Assembly (NCBI GenBank): GCA_965249555.1
Contig: OZ252243.1
Span: 1,728,001 to 1,792,000 of the forward strand
Direction of reading: 5' to 3'
Origin: Nitrosopumilus sp.
GTDB taxonomy: Archaea; Thermoproteota; Nitrososphaeria; Nitrososphaerales; Nitrosopumilaceae
DNA: 64,000 nt
Shown: positions 32,303 to 42,192 of the stretch, piece after piece
Position numbering within the stretch: the stretch's first letter is position 1
How the letters are laid out: every line of letters begins with the position of its first letter
Program-made: the position numbers and the translations under genes
Notes under the pieces: model-generated
Databases searched by the model: none
Seen by the model: the letters and a program-made list of their open reading frames with translations, nothing else
Told to the model about the DNA's origin: nothing

Positions 32303-32962
32303 TTGGAAATTAGAAACCAATTGCTAGTAATTTTTGATGTTGAAGGTGTTTTATATGATGAAGAATATCTCCCTATTCTTTCAGAAAAACTCGACAAAGA
32401 AGATGAGATTTGGGAAATCACTAGACAAGGAATTCAAGGAAAAATCAACTGGGAAGAAGGGCTTAGAACCAGAGTTGCTGCTCTGAAAGGACTTGATGAA
32501 AAAACTTGTCAAGAAGTAGCTGATTCATTACCAATCATGACTGGTGCAAAGGAAGCCTGTAGAGTCTTAAAAGCTGCTGGATGGAAACTCATGGCTGTAT
32601 CTGGCGGATTTACTCTGATGATGGACAGATTACAAAAAGAATTGGACCTGGACTATGTCTATTCTAATGAATTGATATTCAAAGATGGCAAACTTGATGA
32701 TGTAAAAATTAATGTTGATTCTGATAAATCAAAATCTGCAAAAATAAAAATTGCAGAATGGGGTGAGAAAAAAGAAGACATTGTTTGTGTAGTTGATGGT
32801 GCAAATGATGTGAAATTATTTGATATTTGTGGGTTAAACATTGCTTATAGGGCGCAAGATATAGTCAAGGATTTAGCTAGTACTATCTTGGAAGAAAAAG
32901 ACTTGTCAAAAATTTTGGATATTATTAACAAGCACTTCAAGTTGGAATTAGAAACTACATAA
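32303..32962 (+). CDS. serB: Phosphoserine phosphatase (HAD)
   Basis: FDVEGVL, VSGGF, DGAND. Confidence 0.82.
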   Translation: MEIRNQLLVIFDVEGVLYDEEYLPILSEKLDKEDEIWEITRQGIQGKINWEEGLRTRVAALKGLDEKTCQEVADSLPIMTGAKEACRVLKAAGWKLMAVSGGFTLMMDRLQKELDLDYVYSNELIFKDGKLDDVKINVDSDKSKSAKIKIAEWGEKKEDIVCVVDGANDVKLFDICGLNIAYRAQDIVKDLASTILEEKDLSKILDIINKHFKLELETT

Positions 32963-32995
32963 CAATTTTTTAGTCCATTTCTTTAGTAATCTTGA

Positions 32996-33721
32996 TTGCA
33001 AATTATCCCACTTTACATTGAAAAAGAAATTGAACCCTTAGATGATATTCCTGAATTAATTTCAAATTCTTTTGAGATATGTGATGGGGATATTCTTGTT
33101 ATAGCACAAAAAATTGTCTCAAAACAGGAAGGACGAATTGTTGATTTGTCAACCATCGTTCCTTCATTATTATCCGAAGGTATTGCTTCTCAGTATCAAA
33201 AAGATCCTAGGATAATTGAATTAATCTTATCAGAAACAAAAAGAATTGTGAGAATGAAAAATGGAATTATCATTGTTGAGACTAATAGTGGAACTATCTG
33301 TGCAAATGCTGGGGTTGATGAAAGCAATGTCAAAGAAGGACATGCAACTTTACTTCCAATTAACTCTGATGCCTCTGCACAAACAATCCGTAATAAACTC
33401 CAGAAACAAACAAACAAGAATGTGGCAGTAATTATCTCTGATACATTTGGTCGTCCTTTTAGGATGGGTCAAACTAACTGTGCCATTGGAATTTCAGGAT
33501 TGAATCCTATCTTGAATTATGCTGGAACATTAGATTCTTTTCAAAAAATTTTACGCATAACTGAAATTGCAGTTGCAGATGAACTTTCTGCTGCTGCTGA
33601 ACTTGTCATGAGAAAAGCTTTGAAATGTCCTGTAGCAATTATCCGTGATTATTCATTTAAGATAGAAGATCATGTGATTGATGAATTAATTCGCCCAGAA
33701 AATGAAGATCTTTTTAAATGA
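32996..33721 (+). CDS. cofE: Coenzyme F420-0:L-glutamate ligase
   Basis: QKIVSKQEG, CANAGVDESN, SDTFGRPFR, ADELSAAA. Confidence 0.93.
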   Translation: MQIIPLYIEKEIEPLDDIPELISNSFEICDGDILVIAQKIVSKQEGRIVDLSTIVPSLLSEGIASQYQKDPRIIELILSETKRIVRMKNGIIIVETNSGTICANAGVDESNVKEGHATLLPINSDASAQTIRNKLQKQTNKNVAVIISDTFGRPFRMGQTNCAIGISGLNPILNYAGTLDSFQKILRITEIAVADELSAAAELVMRKALKCPVAIIRDYSFKIEDHVIDELIRPENEDLFK

Positions 33722-33775
33722 ATTTCATTTTTTTCAATAGGATTATTATCTAATAAGGAGAAATTATTATGAAAA

Positions 33776-34690
33776 ATGTCAATAAAGACTGAATTACATT
33801 GCCATAATTCTTTTTCAAATTTTCATCTTGGTTACAAGGAACCGCCATATGATTGTGATATTTCAATCAGAGAACAACTAGAACAATCATATGAATTAGG
33901 GTTAGATGCAATTTTTGTTACAAACCATAACACTTTGGATGGATATGAGCAGTTACTGGAATACAAAAATGATCATGTCAAATTCAAAAACATTGATGTT
34001 TTTCCAGCTGAGGAGATCACAACTGATACTGGTGCACATGTTCTAGCATATGGAATTCATGACACAATTGCAGGAGGAATTTCTCTTGAAGATGTACTTG
34101 ATGAAGTGAGAAAGCAAGGTGGAGTGTCATCTGCCCCTCACCCATTTAGTCTGATTGATGCATTACGTGCGAGTGCCAAAAAATGTGACATGGTTGAGGT
34201 TTTCAATAGTAATAACGTTGATTTGGTGTCTAATGCACGTGCAGCTCAATTTGCATTGGATAATAATATGATTCAGGTGGCAGGTAGTGATTCACACGTC
34301 ATATCTACACTTGGCAGATGTGTTAATGTTATTGATTCTGAAAATAATCTTGATGATATTTTACATGCAATGAAACATGGGAGAATTAAAATTTCTCAAA
34401 CTGGTTATACGTCAAACAATGAAGTACTTGATCATCTTAGATATCAAATTAATACTTCAAGAGAATACATAGCAGAGTATGTTTCTGAATATTATCCACA
34501 TTCAAAATGGTTCTCTACATTATTGCTCAAAATTTTTGATTCAAATCAATATAGTCCTCTGTGGCCAATATGTTTCAAAATTATACTTTACTTCCTTAAA
34601 CGAATTTCACAAAAAATCAATTTCAAAAATATGGATCCAAGTTTAATGAAAGAAAGAAATCTTGCTACTATGTTTAAAATGGCATTGTAG
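33776..34690 (+). CDS. PHP-domain metal-dependent phosphoesterase
   Basis: ELHCH, TNHN, APHPF, GSDSH. Confidence 0.85.
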   Translation: MSIKTELHCHNSFSNFHLGYKEPPYDCDISIREQLEQSYELGLDAIFVTNHNTLDGYEQLLEYKNDHVKFKNIDVFPAEEITTDTGAHVLAYGIHDTIAGGISLEDVLDEVRKQGGVSSAPHPFSLIDALRASAKKCDMVEVFNSNNVDLVSNARAAQFALDNNMIQVAGSDSHVISTLGRCVNVIDSENNLDDILHAMKHGRIKISQTGYTSNNEVLDHLRYQINTSREYIAEYVSEYYPHSKWFSTLLLKIFDSNQYSPLWPICFKIILYFLKRISQKINFKNMDPSLMKERNLATMFKMAL

Positions 34691-34760
34691 ATGATAGTAG
34701 GGCAAGCTAAATTAAAATAGATTTTAATATGACAAAACACTCTTGATGAAACAGATATCA

Positions 34761-34997
34761 ATGTCTGAACCAACTGAAAAAAAATTAGATGCAACTGGAT
34801 TATTTTGTCCTGAACCTGTGTTTAGAACAAAAATTGAAATTGAAAGAATGCAAGTTGGTGAAACTCTAATTGTTTCTGCAGATGATCCAGCAGCAGAGGA
34901 CGATATTTCAAGATGGGTTACAAGAACTGGTCATGAATTAGTCAACATGTCTAAAGATGAAAGTGTAATCACATTTCAAATTAAAAAGGTGAAATAA
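34761..34997 (+). CDS. tusA: TusA-family sulfur carrier
   Basis: LDATGLFCPEP, DDPAAEDDI. Confidence 0.88.
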   Translation: MSEPTEKKLDATGLFCPEPVFRTKIEIERMQVGETLIVSADDPAAEDDISRWVTRTGHELVNMSKDESVITFQIKKVK

Positions 34998-35005
34998 CCC
35001 AAATC

Positions 35006-35998
35006 ATGACTACTGTTACTGATACAGATGTGTTAAGCCGAGTGGGCAACACATCTCTTGTAAAATTGGATTCTCTTTCTCATGATGTCACCAAGTATTT
35101 TGCAAAGTTAGAAGGTAACAATCCATTTGGCTCTGTTAAAGATAGGGCTGCATATTGGATGATTAAAGATGGTGAAGAAAGAGGAATTTTAAAAAAAGGA
35201 AAGAGTATCATTATTGAACCTACTTCTGGAAACACTGGCATTGCATTAACTGGAATTGCTAACGTGTTGGGTTACAAAGTTGAGATAGTTATTCCTGAAA
35301 AAGCTAGCAATGAAACTAAGGAAATAATACGAAATCTTGGTGCCAAAGTATTTGAGACAAGTGATGATTTGTGTCCAAAAGTTGGTGCTGGAACTGATCA
35401 AAGTATTGCACTTGCTACATCTATTGCATCATCCAGACCTGATACATATTATTCTCCAAACCAATATGCTAACGAAGCAAATTTTCGAGGACATTATGAT
35501 GGAACAGGTCCTGAAATCTGGAAACAAACTGAAGGAAAAGTAACACATTTCTTTACTGGTGTTGGCACTGGTGGTACAATTACTGGAATTGGTGCTTTTC
35601 TTAAAGAACAAAATCCTGATGTGAAGATCATTGGATGTCAACCACAACAAAATCACCTGATTCAAGGATGGAGGAACTTTGAAGAATCTGCAAAGCCAGA
35701 TTTATTTTTGAAAAGAGAAAATGTTGTAGATGACTGGATTTCTGTAGATAATAATGAAGCATTTTCAGTGGTAAAAGAAGTCTTTGAAAAAGAAAAACTT
35801 CTAATCAGTCCTTCTTCTGCAGCAGTTTATGCATGTATGAAAAAATATTCTATTCAAGGAGATGCATGTGTAGTGGGAATTTTTGCTGATGATGGAAGAA
35901 AATTTAGGAGTGTTTATGCCACACAAAATGTTATGACTGGGCAAGAATTTGATAATGCTCTCAAAGAAGCAAAACACCTGTCTGAATTGGCATACTGA
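35006..35998 (+). CDS. cysM: PLP-dependent cysteine synthase family protein
   Basis: AKLEGNNPFGSVKDRAA, PTSGNTG, GVGTGGT. Confidence 0.85.
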   Translation: MTTVTDTDVLSRVGNTSLVKLDSLSHDVTKYFAKLEGNNPFGSVKDRAAYWMIKDGEERGILKKGKSIIIEPTSGNTGIALTGIANVLGYKVEIVIPEKASNETKEIIRNLGAKVFETSDDLCPKVGAGTDQSIALATSIASSRPDTYYSPNQYANEANFRGHYDGTGPEIWKQTEGKVTHFFTGVGTGGTITGIGAFLKEQNPDVKIIGCQPQQNHLIQGWRNFEESAKPDLFLKRENVVDDWISVDNNEAFSVVKEVFEKEKLLISPSSAAVYACMKKYSIQGDACVVGIFADDGRKFRSVYATQNVMTGQEFDNALKEAKHLSELAY

Positions 35999-36004
35999 TT
36001 ATAG

Positions 36005-36478
36005 TTATTCTAGAACTTTCTTTAGATATTTTTCATAAAATTCTCTAAATGATGTGTTGATATCCATTTCATACCTGAGACATTTGTTACCATGTTCAGT
36101 AATTTGGTCTCTGATTTCTCTACTCCATTGACTCTGCTGTTTGTCTTTAGAGTCCACAATTGATGGGTTTTCTTTTATTTTTTCCATGATTTCTATTAAT
36201 GTCAATCCAAGTTGGTGAAATTTACTAGTACGTAATAGGAATATTTGAGATTCTTCCTTGTTAACTAAATTCATCAAAGAGTATGCCTGATTGTAATATT
36301 TCATGCCCATTTCGTTATATTTTTTGAAATCATCAATTCTTTTTTGCCAATATTCTTTGGAGGGCTTTTCTTCTATCTTGTAACTGAACTGAATTTCACT
36401 CAATTCCATTCCTAATTTTGCCAGTTTTCCACTATGTGCTTTAGCTGATTTTTTTAGATTTTCTTGGTCGTCACTCAT
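36005..36478 (-). CDS. Hypothetical helical protein
   Basis: 157-aa ORF. Confidence 0.7.
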   Translation of the reverse strand: MSDDQENLKKSAKAHSGKLAKLGMELSEIQFSYKIEEKPSKEYWQKRIDDFKKYNEMGMKYYNQAYSLMNLVNKEESQIFLLRTSKFHQLGLTLIEIMEKIKENPSIVDSKDKQQSQWSREIRDQITEHGNKCLRYEMDINTSFREFYEKYLKKVLE

Positions 36479-36510
36479 AAAACTCAGTACCCTTGCTTAT
36501 TGTAAAGAGT

Positions 36511-36726
36511 TTAAATCTTTGATTTTTTCCAAGTATCCTCCGATTTTTTAGAATAAATCATCATACACTTCTCACAAAATGAATCCCATTCATCAATTCC
36601 TACTTTTTTAAAAAACTCTATTGTCCATTTGTATGTGGGTTTTTTTCTGTATTGAAATTGTTGAATAGTATAGATATCTTTCTCATGAAATTTATTCAAA
36701 CATTTTTTGCATTGTGTATTTTTCAT
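36511..36726 (-). CDS. Small Zn-binding protein
   Basis: CKKC...CEKC; ATGA-coupled to trxB. Confidence 0.65.
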   Translation of the reverse strand: MKNTQCKKCLNKFHEKDIYTIQQFQYRKKPTYKWTIEFFKKVGIDEWDSFCEKCMMIYSKKSEDTWKKSKI

Positions 36727-37724
36727 TCTTGTTTGTCAGAACTTTCTGTAAGATACTTGTCAACATCAATTGCTGCCATACAACCATATCCTGCGGCAGT
36801 AACTGCTTGTCTGTAATTTTTATCATGCACATCTCCTGCAGCAAAAACCCCTTCAATGTTTGTGTGAGTTTTGTTCTTTAAAACTACGTATCCTTGATCA
36901 TCTAAATCGATCTGGTTTTCGAATAGTTTTGTATTAGGTACATGTCCAATTGCAACAAAAAGACCTCCTACATCAAGTGTTGTTTCTTCATTTGTTTTTA
37001 GATTTTTCAAAACTGCCTGTTGCATTTTTTGATCTCCTTTGATGTCAATAACTGCCGAATCCCAATGAAAATCAATTTTTTTATTGTTAAATGCTCTTTC
37101 TTGCATTACTTTGCTTGCACGTAATTCACTTCGTCTGTGAACCAAGTGAACCTTTGTAGCAAATTTTGTTAGAAATGTTGCTTCTTCTATTGCTGAATCT
37201 CCGCCACCTGATACAACTAGTTCTAGATTTCTAAAGAATGGACCATCACATGTGGCACAATATGAAACCCCTTTTCCAGCAAATGTCTGTTCTCCCTCTA
37301 GTCCGAGTTTTCTTGGGTTTGCACCTGTTGCAATAATTACTGCGCGTCCTTCGTATTCCTCGGTTCCAGTAAGAACTTTGAAAGGTTTACGTCTAAAATC
37401 AATATCAACTACTTCGTCATCTACAATTGTTGTTCCCATTCTTTGACACTGTTTTCTCATATCAATCATCAAATCTGGACCCATAATCCCGTTTTCAAAT
37501 CCTGGATAGTTTTCAACTTCTGTAGTGTTTACTAGTTGTCCCCCTGGTAGTATTCCTGATAGAATCAAAGTATCATAACCTGCTCTAGAACAATAAATTC
37601 CTGCAGTATATCCTGAAGGGCCTGCTCCTATGATAACGACATCAAACTTTGTTTTCTTGTCTGGGATTTTTGGACCCTCATCTTTTGTTTCAAGTACTGA
37701 TGCACTATCATCTGCTGCCATCAT
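36723..37724 (-). CDS. trxB: Thioredoxin reductase
   Basis: GAGPSG, VENYPGF, CATCDG, GGGDSA, HRR, AAGDV. Confidence 0.95.
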   Translation of the reverse strand: MMAADDSASVLETKDEGPKIPDKKTKFDVVIIGAGPSGYTAGIYCSRAGYDTLILSGILPGGQLVNTTEVENYPGFENGIMGPDLMIDMRKQCQRMGTTIVDDEVVDIDFRRKPFKVLTGTEEYEGRAVIIATGANPRKLGLEGEQTFAGKGVSYCATCDGPFFRNLELVVSGGGDSAIEEATFLTKFATKVHLVHRRSELRASKVMQERAFNNKKIDFHWDSAVIDIKGDQKMQQAVLKNLKTNEETTLDVGGLFVAIGHVPNTKLFENQIDLDDQGYVVLKNKTHTNIEGVFAAGDVHDKNYRQAVTAAGYGCMAAIDVDKYLTESSDKQE

Positions 37725-37779
37725 GATAATTCCTCTTTCTATACATCAATAATTTAAGTGAATGTCCTTTTTGGATTAT

Positions 37780-38550
37780 TCAGATTTTATTTAATCCAGA
37801 TATAATTTTTTGATGTTTTTCGCAAAATTTTCTGTTTTCTAATTGTGAGAAAAATAGTTCACTTTGCCAGTGGGCATTAAATAACCTGCAATCTTTATGC
37901 TCACAAAATGCTTCCCCTGTTTCATAATAAATTATAGCTTGTAACAGATACCCTTCTACAATTCCTGATATCCGTAAATCATGATATTCTAAAAATTTTC
38001 CTTTGTATTTTTTCTTGATTTCTTCAATTATATTCTCAGAAAAATTTGTCATTAGATCTAGATAGTACTGTTTTGGTTTTGCTGGTGCTTCTATCATTCC
38101 TGTTGTTGAAATTATTGTAGGATTGGATCCAATTATAGCTCTTGCATGATATCTATAATCATTTTCATCAAATGTACATGTGAGTTTATTTGTAAAAATG
38201 ATGTGTAATGTGTCTATATTATTTTCATTTATTGGAATTAATTCCTTAACTACATTATGAAATTCAAATCCGTCATATAGTGTCATTTCTTCTCTCTCAG
38301 ACATGTCTTTATTTTCTTTCTCTATCTGTATGTCTTCTTCTGAAGGATCATGTTTTTCAAATGGTTTTTTTAAATCAAAAACTCTACAACTAGCAATTTT
38401 TTCAGACATGTCTTTGTTTATGCATTGAAATATACTCTCTCTTATCTCAATCTCAATTGAAAATATTTCTCTAAGAAATTTTTTTAATCTTTCTAATTGG
38501 ATTTCAGGAACTGCAGGCTCATTATATAGAATTATTTTACGAGTTTTCAC
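37780..38550 (-). CDS. Hypothetical protein, archaemetzincin-like metallopeptidase fold
   Basis: C-terminal FC...CRLFNAH...FC..H pattern; no intact HExxH. Confidence 0.55.
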   Translation of the reverse strand: MKTRKIILYNEPAVPEIQLERLKKFLREIFSIEIEIRESIFQCINKDMSEKIASCRVFDLKKPFEKHDPSEEDIQIEKENKDMSEREEMTLYDGFEFHNVVKELIPINENNIDTLHIIFTNKLTCTFDENDYRYHARAIIGSNPTIISTTGMIEAPAKPKQYYLDLMTNFSENIIEEIKKKYKGKFLEYHDLRISGIVEGYLLQAIIYYETGEAFCEHKDCRLFNAHWQSELFFSQLENRKFCEKHQKIISGLNKI

Positions 38551-38573
38551 TATGATTCTTTTGTTATAATCGC

Positions 38574-39392
38574 TTATCTTTCCAACTCTTTGATTTTTGC
38601 GGCTGTAATTTCTGCTGCTCTTTTTCCAGAATATAACATTGAACCAAATGTTGGTCCCATTCTTGCTAATCCATGAGTTTCAGTAACTGACATACCTGCT
38701 GCAATTAGTCCTGGATACACTTCTCCTGTTTTGTGAACTACATGTTCTTCTCCATCATTGACACACATTGGTTCCATTCCTTTCCATTTTGCTAGTCCTC
38801 TGTCTACTAGTCTTTTTACTGCTACAGAATCATGACCTGATGCATCGATGATTACTTTGGCTTCTAAAGCAATTGGATCAACACATGTGATATTACGTGG
38901 TAGTGCTGAGACTGGCATCCAATTAACTACAATTCCTGCTACTCTCCCATTCTTCAATACTAAATCGTCAAACTTGGTAAGTTGCAGAAATTTCACTCCT
39001 GCATCACATGCAGCTGCAATTAACTTTGATACAGCATGTGGACCTGGTGTAAGGTATAATCCCTCTGCAACTTTTTTGTATGGAACTCCTAATTCATCCC
39101 AAATTTCTTGTGCAGGTTCTCTAACTGTGACAGGATTCATCATATATCCTCCTAACCAATAACCTCCTCCAAGGTAGTTGTTCTGTTCAATAACTAAAAC
39201 TTTGTAACCCATGTTTGAAAGTTCTCTGCTTGCTGTTAATCCTGCAGGTCCAGCACCAATAATGATGACATCTGATTCAGCCCTGTCGATTAAAACATCA
39301 TGAAATTCATTTGCAATTGCACGTGTAATTTCAACTTCACGTACATCAGTAAATATCTTAGAAGATTGTTCTGCAACTGTTGCTTCTTGCAT
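38574..39392 (-). CDS. thi4: Thiamine thiazole synthase
   Basis: GAGPAG, GGGYWLGG, CVDP, DASGHD, RMGPTFGSMLYSG. Confidence 0.93.
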   Translation of the reverse strand: MQEATVAEQSSKIFTDVREVEITRAIANEFHDVLIDRAESDVIIIGAGPAGLTASRELSNMGYKVLVIEQNNYLGGGYWLGGYMMNPVTVREPAQEIWDELGVPYKKVAEGLYLTPGPHAVSKLIAAACDAGVKFLQLTKFDDLVLKNGRVAGIVVNWMPVSALPRNITCVDPIALEAKVIIDASGHDSVAVKRLVDRGLAKWKGMEPMCVNDGEEHVVHKTGEVYPGLIAAGMSVTETHGLARMGPTFGSMLYSGKRAAEITAAKIKELER

Positions 39393-39589
39393 GTGGATTT
39401 TCATTCTATGAACCCATTAATACTTTCTCACAATTTTTTTCAAAAATTAGGTGGCACTAATGATTCCTATCTAATTGAGATTGACCAAAAAGTGAAAAAC
39501 AGGAAAATTATGTACTTTGCTGAAAATTTTTCTCCTAAAACCTCCATATATCATAAATTTATAACTAAATTCAAAGGAATTTTCTTGTA

Positions 39590-41398
39590 ATGACTATATC
39601 TAATCTAAAACAATCTAGACCTGATTCTGCAAAACCCAAAATTGATTGGGCTAGAGTAGAAGAGGCAGATAATTTTGCAAAGACCGTAAAGCTATTCCGT
39701 CAAGGAAGATATGATGCAGATAGTTTTAGACGATTTAGACTTCAACATGGGGCATATGGTACTCGAATGACTGGTGATTATGCCATGGTCAGAATCAAAA
39801 TCCCTGCAGGTGAAATTTATCCACATCAACTTGAAAAAATATCTCAACTAAGTGAGCAGTTTTCAATAGGTAGTGCACACTTTTCAACAAGAGAAAACAT
39901 TCAACTGCACTGGGTCGTCCTTGAAGATGTTTCAGAAATATTTAGAGGTCTTACTGAAGTTGGTCTTACATCAAGAGAAGCATGTGGCAATACAGTCAGA
40001 AATGTTATGTGTAGTCCTTTGTCGGGTGTTTGTCCTGATGAAGAATTTGATTCAACTCCATATGCCCTTGCAACAGCAAGATTCTTTTTGAGAAATCCAA
40101 TGGCTCAAAACCTTCCACGAAAATTCAAATTCAATTTCACTTGTTGTGAGAAACATGGAATGGTAAGAATGGTCGATGTTGGACTAATCCCTCAGATTCG
40201 AGAAATTGACGGAACTTCTCAAAGAGGTTTTAAAATCTTCCTTGGAGGTGGATTGGGAAATAAATCATTTGTTGGACATCAATTAGAAGAATTTACTCCT
40301 GAAGAAGATTTGGTGTATACTTCAATGGCTGTATTGAGAATCTTTGATAGACTTGGTGATAGAAAAAACATGGCACGAAATAGAATGCGTTATCTTGTAA
40401 ATGATATGGGATGGGAAAAATTCCAAAATCTGGTTCTAAAAGAAAGAGCAATTGTAAGGGCTACTCAATCAGTAATTACTCAATTAGAAGTTGATCATAC
40501 TCCAAATGAAATCAAACGACCAATTAGAATTAGTGATGAAAGTGGTGAAGCGGCACCTGAAGGTTATGCAAGATGGCTCAAAACAAATACTGTTAAACAA
40601 AAACAATCTGGCTATAGTTCTATCTTTATCACTCTTGAGGCCGGAGATATTACTGCAAGTCAACTTGATGCATTGGCCGACCTCATTCGTGATTTCTCTT
40701 CTGAAGGTAAAGCGAGATTTGGTTTTGTGCAAAATGTAGCATTACGTTATGTCCATGAAGATGATTTACCACGTTTATATTCCAAACTTCTAGAGGTGGG
40801 ATTGGCAAAATCTGGTGCATTAACTATGACTGCTCCCATTGGTTGTTCAGGAACAACTTCTTGTAATCTTGCATTAACAAATTCACATAGACTGGCAAAA
40901 GAAATTCAAAGAAAACTCCTTGCGCTAAAATTTGATGAAGATGATGATCTGAGTGATTCTTCTATTAAGATAAGTGGCTGTCCAAATTCCTGTGGTCAAC
41001 ATGGAATTGCAACTATTGGTTTCTTTGGAGGTGGAGGACGTGTTGGAAAAGATATGTATGCAAATTATCAGATGTCTTTAGGTGGACGATCTGATGGCGA
41101 TACAATGTTGGGTCAAACCTGTCTCAGGGTTCCTGCAAAAAGAGTAATTCCTGTAATTCTAAAAATCATTGAACTATTCAAACAAAATAAGAAATCTGAT
41201 GATAATCTGCAATCTTGGATTCATAGAGTTGTAAATAACAATGAAGACTCTGAGATAAAATCAATTAATGATATCAAAAAAGTTTTAGAACCACTAGTAG
41301 TTCCTCCAACAAAAGAAGAGGATCCTGACTTTTACCTTGATTATGGTGATGATACTAGTTATCACACAAAAACTGGAAAGGGTGAATGTGCTGCTTGA
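39590..41398 (+). CDS. Ferredoxin-dependent sulfite/nitrite reductase (siroheme)
   Basis: STRENIQ, CGNTVRN, LPRKFK, CSGTTSC, SGCPNSCGQH; sulfur-gene context favours sulfite. Confidence 0.9.
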   Translation: MTISNLKQSRPDSAKPKIDWARVEEADNFAKTVKLFRQGRYDADSFRRFRLQHGAYGTRMTGDYAMVRIKIPAGEIYPHQLEKISQLSEQFSIGSAHFSTRENIQLHWVVLEDVSEIFRGLTEVGLTSREACGNTVRNVMCSPLSGVCPDEEFDSTPYALATARFFLRNPMAQNLPRKFKFNFTCCEKHGMVRMVDVGLIPQIREIDGTSQRGFKIFLGGGLGNKSFVGHQLEEFTPEEDLVYTSMAVLRIFDRLGDRKNMARNRMRYLVNDMGWEKFQNLVLKERAIVRATQSVITQLEVDHTPNEIKRPIRISDESGEAAPEGYARWLKTNTVKQKQSGYSSIFITLEAGDITASQLDALADLIRDFSSEGKARFGFVQNVALRYVHEDDLPRLYSKLLEVGLAKSGALTMTAPIGCSGTTSCNLALTNSHRLAKEIQRKLLALKFDEDDDLSDSSIKISGCPNSCGQHGIATIGFFGGGGRVGKDMYANYQMSLGGRSDGDTMLGQTCLRVPAKRVIPVILKIIELFKQNKKSDDNLQSWIHRVVNNNEDSEIKSINDIKKVLEPLVVPPTKEEDPDFYLDYGDDTSYHTKTGKGECAA

Positions 41399-42192
41399 CA
41401 GATTCTGGTAAAATAACAACAGATGTTGACTCTTTACGATCAGAAATAAGAGACAAAAGCATTCGAGTAATTGATGTTAGACGAGAAGATGATTACAAAC
41501 AAGACCATATTCCTACTGCTGTAAATTTACCTCTGGCAAATCTTTTGTCTGATGATAGTCCTGAACGCATTTTGAAACTCATAAACACTATGGGAATTGA
41601 TAATGAGACACCTGTTGTTGTTTATGATGACACTTTTGGTGCTTTGGCATCAAGAGTGGCGTGGACTTTGGAATACATTGGGCATTCAGATGTAACTTTA
41701 CTTGAAACTACTTATGATCATTGGAAATCCCTTGGATTGGAAAGTGATTCTAATATTCCTGACATACAAAGCAAGGAACACTCTATGAATCTGCAACCAA
41801 ATATTTTGGCAACCTCTGACTATTTGGAAAGTGCAAAAGATAGGGATGATGTAATCTTGATTGATAATAGGGAGCGCTTGAATTATCTTGAACAACATAT
41901 TCCGGGAGCAATTAGTCTGCCTTACAGGACACTTGCCAGTAATGATAAAATTTTACGCCCAAAAGAGGACATGAAACGATTACTTGAAAATCGAGGAGTT
42001 ACTGGAAATTCAGAAATCATTACTTATTGTGGTAGTGTGGGCACTCTTTCTGGATTGGCATACTATGCACTAAAATCTGTAGACATGCCTAATGCAAAAT
42101 TATATGTTCGTTCTTTTAAGGAATGGAAAAATCTTCAAAAACCTACAGTAAAGCAAGAAGATGCTACCTATTGGGATTTATCTGCAGAATAA
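41395..42192 (+). CDS. Thiosulfate sulfurtransferase (tandem rhodanese)
   Basis: HIPTA, VVVYDD, HIPGA, YCGSVG; probable TTG start overlapping the upstream stop. Confidence 0.88.
   Translation: MTDSGKITTDVDSLRSEIRDKSIRVIDVRREDDYKQDHIPTAVNLPLANLLSDDSPERILKLINTMGIDNETPVVVYDDTFGALASRVAWTLEYIGHSDVTLLETTYDHWKSLGLESDSNIPDIQSKEHSMNLQPNILATSDYLESAKDRDDVILIDNRERLNYLEQHIPGAISLPYRTLASNDKILRPKEDMKRLLENRGVTGNSEIITYCGSVGTLSGLAYYALKSVDMPNAKLYVRSFKEWKNLQKPTVKQEDATYWDLSAE

Noticed and set aside
39400-39590. TPP riboswitch upstream of thi4
   Set aside because: No GCUGAGA / AUACCUG-type consensus seen on the minus strand.
39590-41398. Assigning nitrite-reductase function
   Set aside because: Family motifs cannot separate the two substrates; coupling to a rhodanese and sulfur genes favours sulfite reductase.
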